This document shows, one piece after another, positions 1 to 9,872 of a stretch of 64,000 bases of DNA. The first letter of the stretch is position 1; each line of letters begins with the position of its first letter. The notes beneath the pieces are model-generated. The model saw nothing but the letters and a program-made list of their open reading frames with translations, ran no database searches and was not told the origin of the DNA. Made by a program: the position numbers and the translations under genes. The stretch comes from Patescibacteria group bacterium. GTDB taxonomy: Bacteria > Patescibacteriota > JABMPQ01 > JAQVVF01. The stretch covers positions 1,511 to 65,510 of the forward strand of contig JBAZSC010000001.1 in NCBI GenBank assembly GCA_041662665.1, in the 5' to 3' direction.

Positions 1-346
1 TTTGGCAGATTCTGATTTTTTTAGAACAAAATCTGGAATTCCATCATCGCAAGTTTGTTGTTGCTCAATTTGAGTTGGTGCTTGTTGAGTTTCTGTTTTT
101 GCCAAATCAAAAGGAATATTTAATGCTAGAATCTTAGAAGGCGGATTATCTTTGATGTACTCATAGCTTCCTAGAAAAATAATTGCCAGAACCACAAAAG
201 AATAAATCATAAGATGAGTTTTTCTTTCCATTCTCTTTTTCTCCTTGTAGTTTTAAGGGTGCGCGAAGAATTTTAGCTCTTTATAATAATAAAATTTTAC
301 AATTTTGTCAATAAAAAAATCCTCATAGAGGATTAAACAAGGTACA

Positions 347-1252
347 TTATTTTGTCGAAAAGGGATTGCAAATTGGCTTGACCAAAAGAATTTGATCAAC
401 CAGATCTACTCGTGACTTCCTTCTCAGATTATGAATTCCATCAACACTATAGATTTTCCAATCAGTAATTTCATCAAATCCATTATGACTAACTTTTGAT
501 CTAAAATACATTCTGAATCCTTTGTCATTTACAGTTGATGCAAAAGAAACATCACAGAAATTCTCATACTGCCAACAATTCACTTCAACACCTTCATTAT
601 AATATCCAAAACAAAGATAGCGCATTTGCGAGAGCTCAGCTTTCCAGCGTTTCAAGGTTTCTTTATCTATCGAATTCCCTCTTTTACCACCTTGCATCAG
701 CAAAACTTTCCATGAAGGGTCAGCATTTTCACCTAAAACATGATCTTTCTTGCTTGGACCAAATTTCAAATAACTAACTTTGGGAACATTATCTTTTGGA
801 TCAATGACAATATTTCTTTTCAAACTAGCATCGCCTTTTTGAATCAAAGGTGTAGTCTGAGTCGCCTGAGTAGTAGTCTTTGCAGTTTTATGTCCATTAC
901 ACTCAAAGAAGTGCATCTGCAGTTTCCAATCAAAGAACCAGGCAACCAAGATCAGCAAAAAAGTAATAATAGCAAAAGCAACCAATAGTCTCATCACAGT
1001 CTTAAATCGTTGCTTCAATCTATGATAGGCTCTTCCAATTGCTATTATTTTTTTTACAGGAACTGCAATGACTAAGAACAATACTGATATTATGCCCAAA
1101 ATACTTTTCAGTTTTCCACCTGCAACTGGCAATATCTTTCTCTTAAATACGTCTTTAATTTCGAGCCACTTGAATTTCAATTCATTTTTCAATGAACTAA
1201 CCATTGTTTTGATGCTCATCTTTTTCCTCCTATGAAAAGGACGTGAAAACAA
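347..1252 (-). CDS. hypothetical membrane-anchored protein (two N-terminal TM segments, soluble C-terminal domain)
   Basis: 301-aa ORF; hydrophobic stretches near the N-terminus; no recognisable catalytic motif. Confidence 0.45.
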   Translation of the reverse strand: MFSRPFHRRKKMSIKTMVSSLKNELKFKWLEIKDVFKRKILPVAGGKLKSILGIISVLFLVIAVPVKKIIAIGRAYHRLKQRFKTVMRLLVAFAIITFLLILVAWFFDWKLQMHFFECNGHKTAKTTTQATQTTPLIQKGDASLKRNIVIDPKDNVPKVSYLKFGPSKKDHVLGENADPSWKVLLMQGGKRGNSIDKETLKRWKAELSQMRYLCFGYYNEGVEVNCWQYENFCDVSFASTVNDKGFRMYFRSKVSHNGFDEITDWKIYSVDGIHNLRRKSRVDLVDQILLVKPICNPFSTK

Positions 1253-1385
1253 GAATAATTGAGTATATATCTTTTACAACATTTTGTCAAGATTTAAGAA
1301 TTGAATATTTATGTTTCGCTTGCTAAAAATAAGCAATTTGATTATACTAACTTAAGCTCTTTATCAACTGACAAGGAGGAAGGAA

Positions 1386-1909
1386 TGAAGCCTGAAGCAA
1401 ACGACGCTTTTAACAAAATTGTTGCAAATATTAAAGCAATGCATCAAAATACTGGCGGCAAGTTTAAGGATTTGCGTATTGCAGTTAGAACATATTCTGA
1501 TGAAAAATTTCAGGTAACATATTTTTATTTGCCAACAAAAGAGCCATTAGTTTTTTCTTGGCCACGTGAATTTGAACCAAAAGAAAATGAAAAAGTTGAA
1601 AAAGTCGCTTTTATCGGTTTTACAGAGCAAGGCAAAGAAGCGCCAGTTACTGATTTTAGCAAAATGGTTTTTATGGTTTATAGAAAGTATCTTGAACGTG
1701 GCGGACAAAAAGAAAAGTTTATTGTGCGAGTGATCGTTAGCCATGATATTTTCACAATTAGTGTTTTTGACAGGCAAGAAGATTTGAATCAAATTGCAAT
1801 GTGCGGAATGCGAAAAAATGATGAAACTTTCTTGCCTATTGGCGATGGAGATTATCTTGTTCATATCAGAAATGGCAATCTCTATATTACGAATTTTGAT
1901 TTGCCATAG
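1386..1909 (+). CDS. hypothetical protein
   Basis: ORF 1301..1909; start moved to the ATG preceded by AAGGAGGAAGGA RBS; promoter-like TTGCTA-N17-TATACT upstream; own hairpin terminator downstream. Confidence 0.5.
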
Positions 1910-1924
1910 TGTTCTTTACTTTTT

Positions 1925-1947
1925 ACAGCATAATGTGCTGTTTTTTC
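1925..1947 (+). terminator. rho-independent terminator (acagc-N-gctgt hairpin + T-run)
   Basis: acagcataatgtgctgt followed by tttttt; same hairpin design recurs after the next two genes. Confidence 0.55.
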
Positions 1948-1951
1948 TTTG

Positions 1952-2030
1952 TCCGCCGACTTGTCCTCCGAAGCTTAGCGAAGGAGGAAGTCCCAGCCTT
2001 TTCGCAAAAAGTGCTGGACGAAGGAGGATT
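1952..2030. repeat. GC-rich palindromic intergenic repeat (ccgccgacttgtcc...cgaaggagg family)
   Basis: related copies at 12284-12372 and inside the element at 62452-62602. Confidence 0.5.
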
Positions 2031-2108
2031 CAAATAATATTGCCAAGAATAACAAAATAATATATAGTTTAGCTTGCTCTTTTAGCAATCAGCAAAGGAG
2101 GAAAAAAG

Positions 2109-2564
2109 ATGCCCAGACCGCCGATTTCCTGTGCAGTTGCTTCTCTTCGAGAATATTATTTGTCACAAGGCGAAAAACTCGCAGATCTTCGTTTTCAGAT
2201 GACAACAATAGAAGACGGATCTTTTGAAATCGTTCGCGTTGATGAAAAAGGCAGAGTATTAGATTTTCATACTGAGGTAGGTATCGCCACAGTTGAAGAT
2301 CCAGCCTGGCGAAATCAAGGCGTCTATTATCTTCGTCCAGATAATCTTGGTCAATTTCATTTGGAAACAACAGTTGAAAAATCTTTCTTAGCAATGGAAC
2401 GACATTTGGCAAAATATTCTCTTGATTATAGCAATCTTGTTTATCGAGACGAAGATCAAAATACTTATGTTTTGCGAATTGACGTAAATCGTGGATTAAA
2501 TATCTTGTTTTCCGAAACATTCGCCAAAACTCCAGCTTGGAGATCAGGACAAATCGAAGCCTAA
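2109..2564 (+). CDS. hypothetical protein, tandem paralog A (N-terminal M-x-x-PPIS-x-A-x-ASLRE-x-Y)
   Basis: 151 aa; clear similarity over the full length to ORF 2739..3209; GGAGG RBS. Confidence 0.6.
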   Translation: MPRPPISCAVASLREYYLSQGEKLADLRFQMTTIEDGSFEIVRVDEKGRVLDFHTEVGIATVEDPAWRNQGVYYLRPDNLGQFHLETTVEKSFLAMERHLAKYSLDYSNLVYRDEDQNTYVLRIDVNRGLNILFSETFAKTPAWRSGQIEA

Positions 2565-2585
2565 TCAAATTTAATCGTACTTTTT

Positions 2586-2608
2586 ACAGCTTTATCGCTG
2601 TTTTTTTA
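2586..2608 (+). terminator. rho-independent terminator (acagc-N-gctgt + T-run)
   Basis: acagctttatcgctgt + ttttttt. Confidence 0.55.
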
Positions 2609-2738
2609 TTTCTGCTATTTCTGCGTTAACTTCCGCGTATTTCTGCGCTAAGAGTTAAAAAGCCTTGTTCAAATCGCAAAAATAATATATATTAATCTTG
2701 CTCTTTCGGGACCGCAACAGGAGAGGAGGAGGAAAAAG

Positions 2739-3209
2739 ATGGCAAAGCCACCGATTTCTGCAGCAATAGCTTCTTTGAGAGAACATTATGTTGCAAGTGG
2801 AGTTCAACTCTCGGATCTTCGTTTTCGAATGATAATTTTCGAAGAAGGAAAATTTGAAATTGTTCGAGTCGATGAAACAGGAATGGTTTCATATTTTCGT
2901 TTAGAAGAAGGAGTTTCAACTATCGATGATCCCGCTTGTGCAACTCCAGGTGTTTACTACCTTCGTCCAGATTCACTTGGCAAGTTTCATCAGGAAATAG
3001 CAATGGCAGACGCTTTGCTGATTGTTCAAAATAGGATCGAAAGAGAAAAGATCACAGGACACACAATCGTTCCAACTGATGATGGAAATACTTTTAAATT
3101 TACTGTTCGAAGCAAAGACAGAGAATTTTTCTCTCTGACCTTCGCAAAATCGCCAGTTTTAAGAGCGTACTCTCAAGCGAATCCTCTTCATGTACCAACC
3201 GCACCTTAG
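2739..3209 (+). CDS. hypothetical protein, tandem paralog B
   Basis: 156 aa; paralogous to 2109..2564; GAGGAGGAGG RBS; duplicated upstream module. Confidence 0.6.
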   Translation: MAKPPISAAIASLREHYVASGVQLSDLRFRMIIFEEGKFEIVRVDETGMVSYFRLEEGVSTIDDPACATPGVYYLRPDSLGKFHQEIAMADALLIVQNRIEREKITGHTIVPTDDGNTFKFTVRSKDREFFSLTFAKSPVLRAYSQANPLHVPTAP

Positions 3210-3212
3210 TCA

Positions 3213-3235
3213 ACAGCTTTCACGCTGTTTTTTAT
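3213..3235 (+). terminator. rho-independent terminator (acagc-N-gctgt + T-run)
   Basis: acagctttcacgctgt + tttttt. Confidence 0.55.
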
Positions 3236-3282
3236 TTGGGACCGTTAGAAATGGGAAATGAGAATTGGGAAAGCTTTATAAA

Positions 3283-3633
3283 TCATTTATATTTTTTCCA
3301 CCTGTTTCTCAAACAATAAATTTGTTTTCCAACAATATTATATTTTTCAATTAATTTTTCCGCAGTATCTTTTCTTATATACCCAGACATTAAAGCATCT
3401 TCTATATGACTTATTAATTCATTACATGAACCTAAAGCAGAAGTTAGATATCTTTTAAATTCAGCTTCTGATCTGCCGAATCCTTCTGCTATGTTAGCAT
3501 GAATTGAATTTGCAGCTCTTAAAATTTGGTTAACCAAATATTTTCCTTCATAAGGAAATTTTCTGACAATTTTTATTAATACTGAGAATAAAAGTTTAGA
3601 ATTTTTATAAACAATCAAATCATTATATTTCAT
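3283..3633 (-). CDS. four-helix-bundle protein (23S rRNA intervening-sequence protein family)
   Basis: 116 aa; motif ...LRAANSIHANIAEGFGRSEAEFKRYL...SCNELISHIEDA... typical of this family. Confidence 0.75.
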   Translation of the reverse strand: MKYNDLIVYKNSKLLFSVLIKIVRKFPYEGKYLVNQILRAANSIHANIAEGFGRSEAEFKRYLTSALGSCNELISHIEDALMSGYIRKDTAEKLIEKYNIVGKQIYCLRNRWKKYK

Positions 3634-3745
3634 GAATTAATAATATAATAAAAAACCAGAAACATTAAATTTCTGGTTTAAATTTTTTTAATTTTCAGTT
3701 CTCATTTCTCACTTCCCATTTCCCAAGTTCCCATTTCCCACGCTC

Positions 3746-5728
3746 CTATCCAAAAATATGATATTGAGCCACAAGAAACGCAATAATTACGGCAATCGTA
3801 TTGATAACCTTAATCAAAGAATTCAACGCTGGTCCAGCTGTATCTTTAAATGGATCTCCAACTGTATCGCCAACAACTGCAGCTTTATGAGCATTTGATC
3901 CTTTTCCACCCAAATTTCCATCTTCAATATATTTCTTGGCATTATCCCAAGCAGCACCGCCAGTTGTCATTTGAATTGCTAATAATAGTCCTGTAATAAT
4001 AAGACCAATCAATAATCCGCCAAGAGCCTTAGGACCTAATACAAATCCAACAAATATTGGTGATAATACTGCTAATAAAGCAGGAGCAATCATTTCTTTT
4101 TGAGCTGCTTTTGTAACAATATCAACGCATTGTCCATAATCAGGCTTATCAATACCTTCCATAATTTTCTTTTCTCTGAATTGTTTTCGAACATTATCAA
4201 CGACTTTGAAAGCAGCTTTTCCTACAGCTTGCATTGCAAATGAGCTGAAAACAAATGGTAATACTCCACCAATTAATAAGCCAACTAAAACATAAACATT
4301 ATCAACTTGTAAAACAGTGTCTAAATTAAGATTGAATTTTTTAACTGCGTTTGCAATTTCATCAGTATATGCTGCAAATAATGCTAATGCAGCCAAAGCA
4401 GCAGATCCAATGGCATAGCCTTTTGTAACTGCTTTAGTTGTATTTCCAACTGCATCTAAAGCATCAGTAATTTTTCTTGTTTGTTCAGGTAATCCTGACA
4501 TTTCTGCGATACCGCCAGCATTATCAGTAATTGGTCCATAAGCATCAATTGCAACTACAATTCCAGCCATTGATAACATTGCGCATGCAGCAATTGCAAT
4601 TCCATAGACACCGCCAAGAGAAAAGGAAGCTAAGATACCAACAATAATTGTTAATACAATTGGCCAAGTACTTTGCAATCCAACTGCCAATCCAGTAATG
4701 ATGTTTGTTCCTGCACCTGTTTCTGAAGCTTTAGCAATTGATTTAACTGGTTTATTTTTACCTGTGTAATATTCAGTAATTACAGTAATAATAATTGTTA
4801 CAGCTAATCCAACTAATGCTGCAAAATATAAATTTAAATCAATTCTCAAAATTCTAACAACAACCAAAAATCCAATTGCTGAAAAAATTGCTGAAGCAAT
4901 TGTACCTTTGTACAAAGCCTTCATAATATTTTCGTCAGTCAATTTTACAAAGAATGTACCAAGAATTGATGCGATAATAGCGACACCACCCAAAGCTAAT
5001 GGGAAAATAACGCCATTTGAAACCGCAACGCCTAAAAGCATTGCTGCAATTAATGTGACAGCATAAGTTTCAAATAAATCAGCAGCCATGCCAACATCAT
5101 CGCCAACATTATCACCAACATTATCAGCAATAACAGCAGGATTTCTTGGATCATCTTCTGGAATTCCAGCTTCAACCTTGCCTACTAGATCAGCGCCAAC
5201 ATCAGCAGCTTTTGTGTAAATTCCTCCGCCAACTCTAGCGAATAAAGAAACTAATGAAGCGCCAAAACCAAATCCAATCAATAAAATTGGATCTCTAAAA
5301 ATTAAATAAAATATTGTTACGCCTAAAAGGCTTGTTCCAACAACAGCCATGCCAGTAACAGCTCCGCCTTTGAAAGCTACATCCAAAGCTTTTGATAATC
5401 CTCTTGTTGCAGCTTGAGCAGTTTTTACGTTAGCTCTAACTGAAACGCTCATTCCAATAAATCCAGCCAAAGCTGACAAGAAAGCGCCAACCAAGAAGCC
5501 GATTGCAGTTTGAAAATTTGTTGCAACCCATAGGACTACAAACAAAATTACTGCAAAGATAGCAATTGCCCTATATTGTCTTTTTAAATAGGCCATTGCT
5601 CCTTCTCTAATCGCTTTTGAGATTTCCTCCATTTTTTGGTTGCCTTTTTCTGCTTTGTTAATTTGCATGACCAAATAGCCTGCAAAAAACAACGCGATAA
5701 TCGCGGATACCAATGCGAAAATTGTCAT
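3746..5728 (-). CDS. hppA: membrane-bound proton/sodium-translocating pyrophosphatase
   Basis: 660 aa polytopic; [10 protein letters not shown] and [11 protein letters not shown] motifs characteristic of H+-PPase. Confidence 0.92.
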   Translation of the reverse strand: MTIFALVSAIIALFFAGYLVMQINKAEKGNQKMEEISKAIREGAMAYLKRQYRAIAIFAVILFVVLWVATNFQTAIGFLVGAFLSALAGFIGMSVSVRANVKTAQAATRGLSKALDVAFKGGAVTGMAVVGTSLLGVTIFYLIFRDPILLIGFGFGASLVSLFARVGGGIYTKAADVGADLVGKVEAGIPEDDPRNPAVIADNVGDNVGDDVGMAADLFETYAVTLIAAMLLGVAVSNGVIFPLALGGVAIIASILGTFFVKLTDENIMKALYKGTIASAIFSAIGFLVVVRILRIDLNLYFAALVGLAVTIIITVITEYYTGKNKPVKSIAKASETGAGTNIITGLAVGLQSTWPIVLTIIVGILASFSLGGVYGIAIAACAMLSMAGIVVAIDAYGPITDNAGGIAEMSGLPEQTRKITDALDAVGNTTKAVTKGYAIGSAALAALALFAAYTDEIANAVKKFNLNLDTVLQVDNVYVLVGLLIGGVLPFVFSSFAMQAVGKAAFKVVDNVRKQFREKKIMEGIDKPDYGQCVDIVTKAAQKEMIAPALLAVLSPIFVGFVLGPKALGGLLIGLIITGLLLAIQMTTGGAAWDNAKKYIEDGNLGGKGSNAHKAAVVGDTVGDPFKDTAGPALNSLIKVINTIAVIIAFLVAQYHIFG

Positions 5729-5948
5729 AACGTTTTATTTAATTGTTATATTTAAACTTAAAATATTCGGAAATTATATTATTACACGCATATCTATTTC
5801 AATACACTAATATCCTAATATCTTAATATCCGAATATCTAAACGATTTAATATTCGGAAATTATATTCAAAACGTAAATCTTTTTCTACAAGTCAATATC
5901 CGAATTTCTTAGTATCTGAATATCTACACGATTTTGATATTACGGATA
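5729..5948. repeat. AT-rich word repeats (aatattcggaaattatatt / atccgaatatct) forming inverted repeats
   Basis: aatattcggaaattatatt twice; related ccgaat/attcgg words recur at 7984-8030 and 17195-17215. Confidence 0.5.
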
Positions 5949-7187
5949 TTATTTCTTCTCGGCTTTTTCTTTCTTTTCAGATTTATCTTCCTTTTTTGAT
6001 TCTTCTTTTTTAGTTTCAACTTTTTCTTCCTTAGCCTCAGGTTTTTTATCAGTTTTTTCTGTTTTCTCTTTACTGTTTTCTGTTTTTACATCCTTCTTCT
6101 CTTCAGCCTTAGTTTTATCGTCAGTCTTTTCATCATTGCCAGAACTTTCATCCTTGAGCACGTCGATTTTCCAACCCGTCAATTTCACAGCCAAGCGTAC
6201 ATTTTGTCCATGTTTACCAATAGCTAATGATAATTGATCTTCAACAACTTCAACTTTTGCTGTTTTTTCTTCTTCATTTAATTGAACAGAAATAGCTTTT
6301 GCTGGAGATAATGCATTTGTAATAAATTTAACTGGATTTTCATCCCAAGAAATAATGTCAATCTTTTCTCCGCCTAATTCATTAATAATTGTTTGAACTC
6401 TAGTACCTCGCTGGCCTACGCAAGCGCCAATTGGATCAATTTCTTCTTTTGTTGACATAACTGCGATCTTTGTTCTTGCACCAGCTTCTCTGGCAACAGC
6501 TTTAATTACAACAGCGCCAGCTGCGATTTCTGGTACTTCTAATTCAAACATTCTTCTGACAATATCAGGATGAGATCTAGATAAAATAATTTCTGGTCCT
6601 TTTGCTGATTCTTTTACTTCGACTAAAAACACTTTTAATCTTTGTCCAATAGAATATTCTTCGCCTCTGATTTGTTCAGTTGGAAATAATAATCCAGTTG
6701 CTTGGCCAAGATCAACAAACATAGTTTGACCTTCCATCCTTTGGATTGTGCCATTTAATACTTCGCCTTCTTTATCTTTATAAGCATCAAAGATTGTATT
6801 TCTTTCTGCTTCTCTGATTTTTTGGATAATAACTTGTTTTGCAGTTTGAGCAGCAATTCTACCAAATGAAATTTCTTTTGGTGTAATTTCTGTTTTGATA
6901 ATATCGCCTACTTTTGCGCCCTTTTTTAATTTTTGACCTTCTTCTACTGTTACTTGTCTTTCAGCCTTGTCTTCCTCTTCTTTTTCTTCAACAACTTCTT
7001 TGACATCAAAAACTAATGTCTTGCCAGTCTTTGGATCAAATTCAGTTTCAATCAATTGACCTTTTTTGCCATAATCTTTACGAAAAGCAGCAGCCAAAGC
7101 AGCCTCAATTGTTGAGATTACATCTTCTTTTTTTAAATTTTTTTCTTCACAAATTTGTTCAATAGCGAGTTCAAATTCAGTAGCCAT
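5949..7187 (-). CDS. nusA: transcription termination/antitermination factor NusA with K/E-rich C-terminal tail
   Basis: 412 aa; NusA N-domain, S1 and tandem KH regions recognisable; low-complexity lysine/glutamate tail. Confidence 0.9.
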   Translation of the reverse strand: MATEFELAIEQICEEKNLKKEDVISTIEAALAAAFRKDYGKKGQLIETEFDPKTGKTLVFDVKEVVEEKEEEDKAERQVTVEEGQKLKKGAKVGDIIKTEITPKEISFGRIAAQTAKQVIIQKIREAERNTIFDAYKDKEGEVLNGTIQRMEGQTMFVDLGQATGLLFPTEQIRGEEYSIGQRLKVFLVEVKESAKGPEIILSRSHPDIVRRMFELEVPEIAAGAVVIKAVAREAGARTKIAVMSTKEEIDPIGACVGQRGTRVQTIINELGGEKIDIISWDENPVKFITNALSPAKAISVQLNEEEKTAKVEVVEDQLSLAIGKHGQNVRLAVKLTGWKIDVLKDESSGNDEKTDDKTKAEEKKDVKTENSKEKTEKTDKKPEAKEEKVETKKEESKKEDKSEKKEKAEKK

Positions 7188-7214
7188 AAGTTTAATATTA
7201 GATAATTATTAGTT

Positions 7215-7345
7215 AAATTAATTTTACCAAATTTCACAGGAAATGGGAAATGTGACTTTGAGAAATGTGATAATGAGACCTTGGGATCTTGGGATTGCGA
7301 ACTGCGTTGCGTTTCTCATTTCCCATTATCCCATTTCTCACGGTC
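7215..7345. repeat. word-built inverted repeat (gaaatgggaaatg ... catttcccattatcccatttc)
   Basis: arms complementary; same cccattt/gggaaat words at 3690-3750 and 44790-44860. Confidence 0.5.
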
Positions 7346-7443
7346 CCAATAAAAAAGAACACTAATGTGTTCTAGGATTGACTTATTCAACTTTAGATAA
7401 GTTTATCATAATGTACGAAAAATGCAAGAGAATTAGTGTTTAA

Positions 7444-7920
7444 TTAGGAAATCTTGTCACTATTTGGAAATTCAGTTTCAAATTCATCATTACACGAATT
7501 TGGCGCTGAAGCAATGACGACAACAGTTGCACCATCGGTACAAGCAATCACCTGATGGATAACGCCAGGTTCGATATAAACAGCTTGATGCTCGCTCGCA
7601 TTCAGGTTCGTAGAGTGTCTGTAACATTTTCCACATCTAATCACTTTAACAGAACCATTAGTGCAAAAAAGCATTTCGTGCTTTCTTTTGTGATAGTGGC
7701 AACCTGTCTTATTCCCCTTTGTATCCAGAGTCACACAATAAACGAATCTGCATTTGAATTTTGGAGCTAAGGGAGCACGTTTATCAAAAAGTACCTTTAA
7801 AGTACGTCCGGGCTTTTCGTCATTTCTTCTTTGAGGCAAATCAAAAGTTGTTTCCATAAATGACTGTGTTGGTTTTGAAAGAAAATCCATCGGATCATCG
7901 CCAAACTTCTTTCTCGCCAT
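7444..7920 (-). CDS. cupin-fold protein (WxcM-like sugar isomerase/epimerase C-terminal-domain type)
   Basis: ORF 7444..7983 trimmed to the ATG with GGAGGG RBS; HYHKRKHEMLFCTNGS...IHQV cupin-like His-rich motifs. Confidence 0.5.
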   Translation of the reverse strand: MARKKFGDDPMDFLSKPTQSFMETTFDLPQRRNDEKPGRTLKVLFDKRAPLAPKFKCRFVYCVTLDTKGNKTGCHYHKRKHEMLFCTNGSVKVIRCGKCYRHSTNLNASEHQAVYIEPGVIHQVIACTDGATVVVIASAPNSCNDEFETEFPNSDKIS

Positions 7921-8028
7921 CTCTCTTCCCTCCTCTTGTCCAAGGTGCTTATTACAGCTTAATCTTATGTACGTAAAAGTCAATATTTAATATTTAATAT
8001 CCGTAATATCTTAATTTCCGAATTTCCG

Positions 8029-8400
8029 TCAGCTCTCCGCCAGCGCATCCTTAAAATGCCTTAAACTTGCTCTTCTCGTTTTCATATTCAGCTCAATCGC
8101 CACAACATCAATTCTTATCGCATCACGAATATTATTTAGACTAATATAATTATAAATCGTCTTTGCCATCTTTTTTAGCTTAAAAAAATCAACCGCTTCT
8201 TGCGGTTGACCAAAATATAAATTAGTTCTTGTTTTAACTTCAACAAAGACAATTGTATTCTTATCTTTTGCAATAATATCAATCTCACCAAATCTAGAAT
8301 GATAATTTTTATCTAAAATAATATAATTTAGTTTTTTCAAATGATCACAAGCCAACTTTTCACCCAAATCACCAATTTTAAGATTAGTATTTGTCATCAA
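8029..8400 (-). CDS. YraN-family (UPF0102) endonuclease
   Basis: 123 aa; GE-x-A...GEIDIIAKD...VFVEVKTR motif pattern. Confidence 0.75.
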   Translation of the reverse strand: MMTNTNLKIGDLGEKLACDHLKKLNYIILDKNYHSRFGEIDIIAKDKNTIVFVEVKTRTNLYFGQPQEAVDFFKLKKMAKTIYNYISLNNIRDAIRIDVVAIELNMKTRRASLRHFKDALAES

Positions 8401-8422
8401 GTTACTAGTTACTAATTACAAG

Positions 8423-8983
8423 TTACTTTTTAAAAATTAAACCATAATGATATTCATCAGTCTTTATATCTTTAACAAATGAAAATCCAGCATTCTTGGC
8501 ATGTTTTAGCACAACATCATAAGCAATTCTCTCATTAACATTTGGTCCAACAGGAATTGCTTCTTTTCTCCAATCAACAACTAATAATTTTCCGCCTGGT
8601 TTGGTCATTCTATAGCTTTCCGCAAAAATCATGTCTGGTTTTTTTGATTGATAAAGATTCATAACAAGCATTACCAAATCAACGCTATCGTTTGAAATTC
8701 CAGTTGCATTTGGTACTTCAATATCTGCCCAAACAGGCTTTACATTTCTGGCACCATAAAAACTAATGTCTGATCTAATTCCAGACAAAACAGCTTTTTG
8801 CACATCAACAGCATAAACAATTCCAGAAGGTCCAACTAATTTTGATGCTGCAAATGTCATATATCCAGATCCGCAACCAAGATCAGCAACAATCATATTT
8901 TGGGCAATATCAGATTGCCTTAAAATATCTTTCGGATTCAAAAAACTTGGCGCTTTTAATGAAATTGGTTTTTGTTTTTGCAT
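8423..8983 (-). CDS. class I SAM-dependent methyltransferase
   Basis: 186 aa; VADLGCGSGYMT glycine-rich SAM-binding motif. Confidence 0.7.
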   Translation of the reverse strand: MQKQKPISLKAPSFLNPKDILRQSDIAQNMIVADLGCGSGYMTFAASKLVGPSGIVYAVDVQKAVLSGIRSDISFYGARNVKPVWADIEVPNATGISNDSVDLVMLVMNLYQSKKPDMIFAESYRMTKPGGKLLVVDWRKEAIPVGPNVNERIAYDVVLKHAKNAGFSFVKDIKTDEYHYGLIFKK

Positions 8984-9162
8984 AATATTACACTAATATT
9001 TTACTAATTACTCTAATTATCACTAATATAACATACAATTGACGAATTGTTAAAAATGAGATAAATTTAAACTAACAAATCTTACACAGATTCAAAACAG
9101 ATTTTACACAGATACACAGATTATTTTGTTATTTATAATTTAGTTATTTTGTTATTATTTCG

Positions 9163-9234
9163 GGCCTGTAGCTCAGTGGTACGAGCGGTCGGCTCATAAC
9201 CGATTGGTCGTTGGTTCGATCCCAACCAGGCCCA
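9163..9234 (+). tRNA. tRNA-Met or tRNA-Ile2 (anticodon CAT)
   Basis: gggcctgtagctcagtgg...ggctCATaacc...ggttcgatcc...caggccca cloverleaf; 7-bp acceptor. Confidence 0.85.
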
Positions 9235-9318
9235 AATCTAATTATAAATTACAAAATGAGAAATAACAAAATTTCCGATAATTTTTCATTTATAATTTAG
9301 TTATTTTGTTATTAGCTT

Positions 9319-9395
9319 GGGCGGTTAGCTCAGTTGGCTAGAGCGTTACGTTGACATCGTAAAGGTCATCTGTTCAAATCAGATACCGCCCACCA
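9319..9395 (+). tRNA. tRNA-Val (anticodon GAC), CCA encoded
   Basis: gggcggt acceptor, loop ttGACat, T-arm gttcaaatc, 3' accgcccacca. Confidence 0.85.
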
Positions 9396-9424
9396 AGAAA
9401 ATTATAAATGCAAAATTCAAAATG

Positions 9425-9536
9425 AAAAATTTCTACCCTGCCCATGGCAGGGGTTTCGTTTTAAAATGCTTAATGCTTTTTTACACGAACCCCTCCCATG
9501 GGGAGGGTAGAAACCTTTACAAAACAATATTTTCCT
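9425..9536. repeat. MITE-like palindromic element with terminal inverted repeats ttctaccctgccc...gggagggtagaa
   Basis: arms ctaccctgcccatggcagggg / cccctcccatggggagggtag; second family member at 62452-62602. Confidence 0.6.
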
Positions 9537-9585
9537 GCTAAATTAATTTATTCATAATTTTGCTCGCACCAAGGAGGAGGAACAC

Positions 9586-9840
9586 ATGCAAAAACTCGTT
9601 GGAAAAAGAGTTATTGCCATATTTGATGAAAAAAAAGGCATCGGCGAGCGCGAATATAAGGGACAAATTGAAAAAATGGAAGGTTCTCTAGTGCTACTTG
9701 TATCAGTCAAACGAGTTCTCGATTACGACCTCGATGAAAAGACCAATAAGTATAAAGAAGAAGATCATCCTGACCTTTTGATAAATATGCATTCTGCAAA
9801 ATTTATTCGCTTTGCGATCATTCCGGAAAGCAAAGCTTAG
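9586..9840 (+). CDS. hypothetical small protein
   Basis: 84 aa; AAGGAGGAGG RBS; hairpin terminator downstream. Confidence 0.45.
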   Translation: MQKLVGKRVIAIFDEKKGIGEREYKGQIEKMEGSLVLLVSVKRVLDYDLDEKTNKYKEEDHPDLLINMHSAKFIRFAIIPESKA

Positions 9841-9842
9841 AC

Positions 9843-9872
9843 CATCGTCAACGGTCTTTTTTATTTTGTTAA
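9843..9872 (+). terminator. rho-independent terminator
   Basis: gaccatcgtcaacggtc hairpin + ttttttatttt. Confidence 0.55.
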
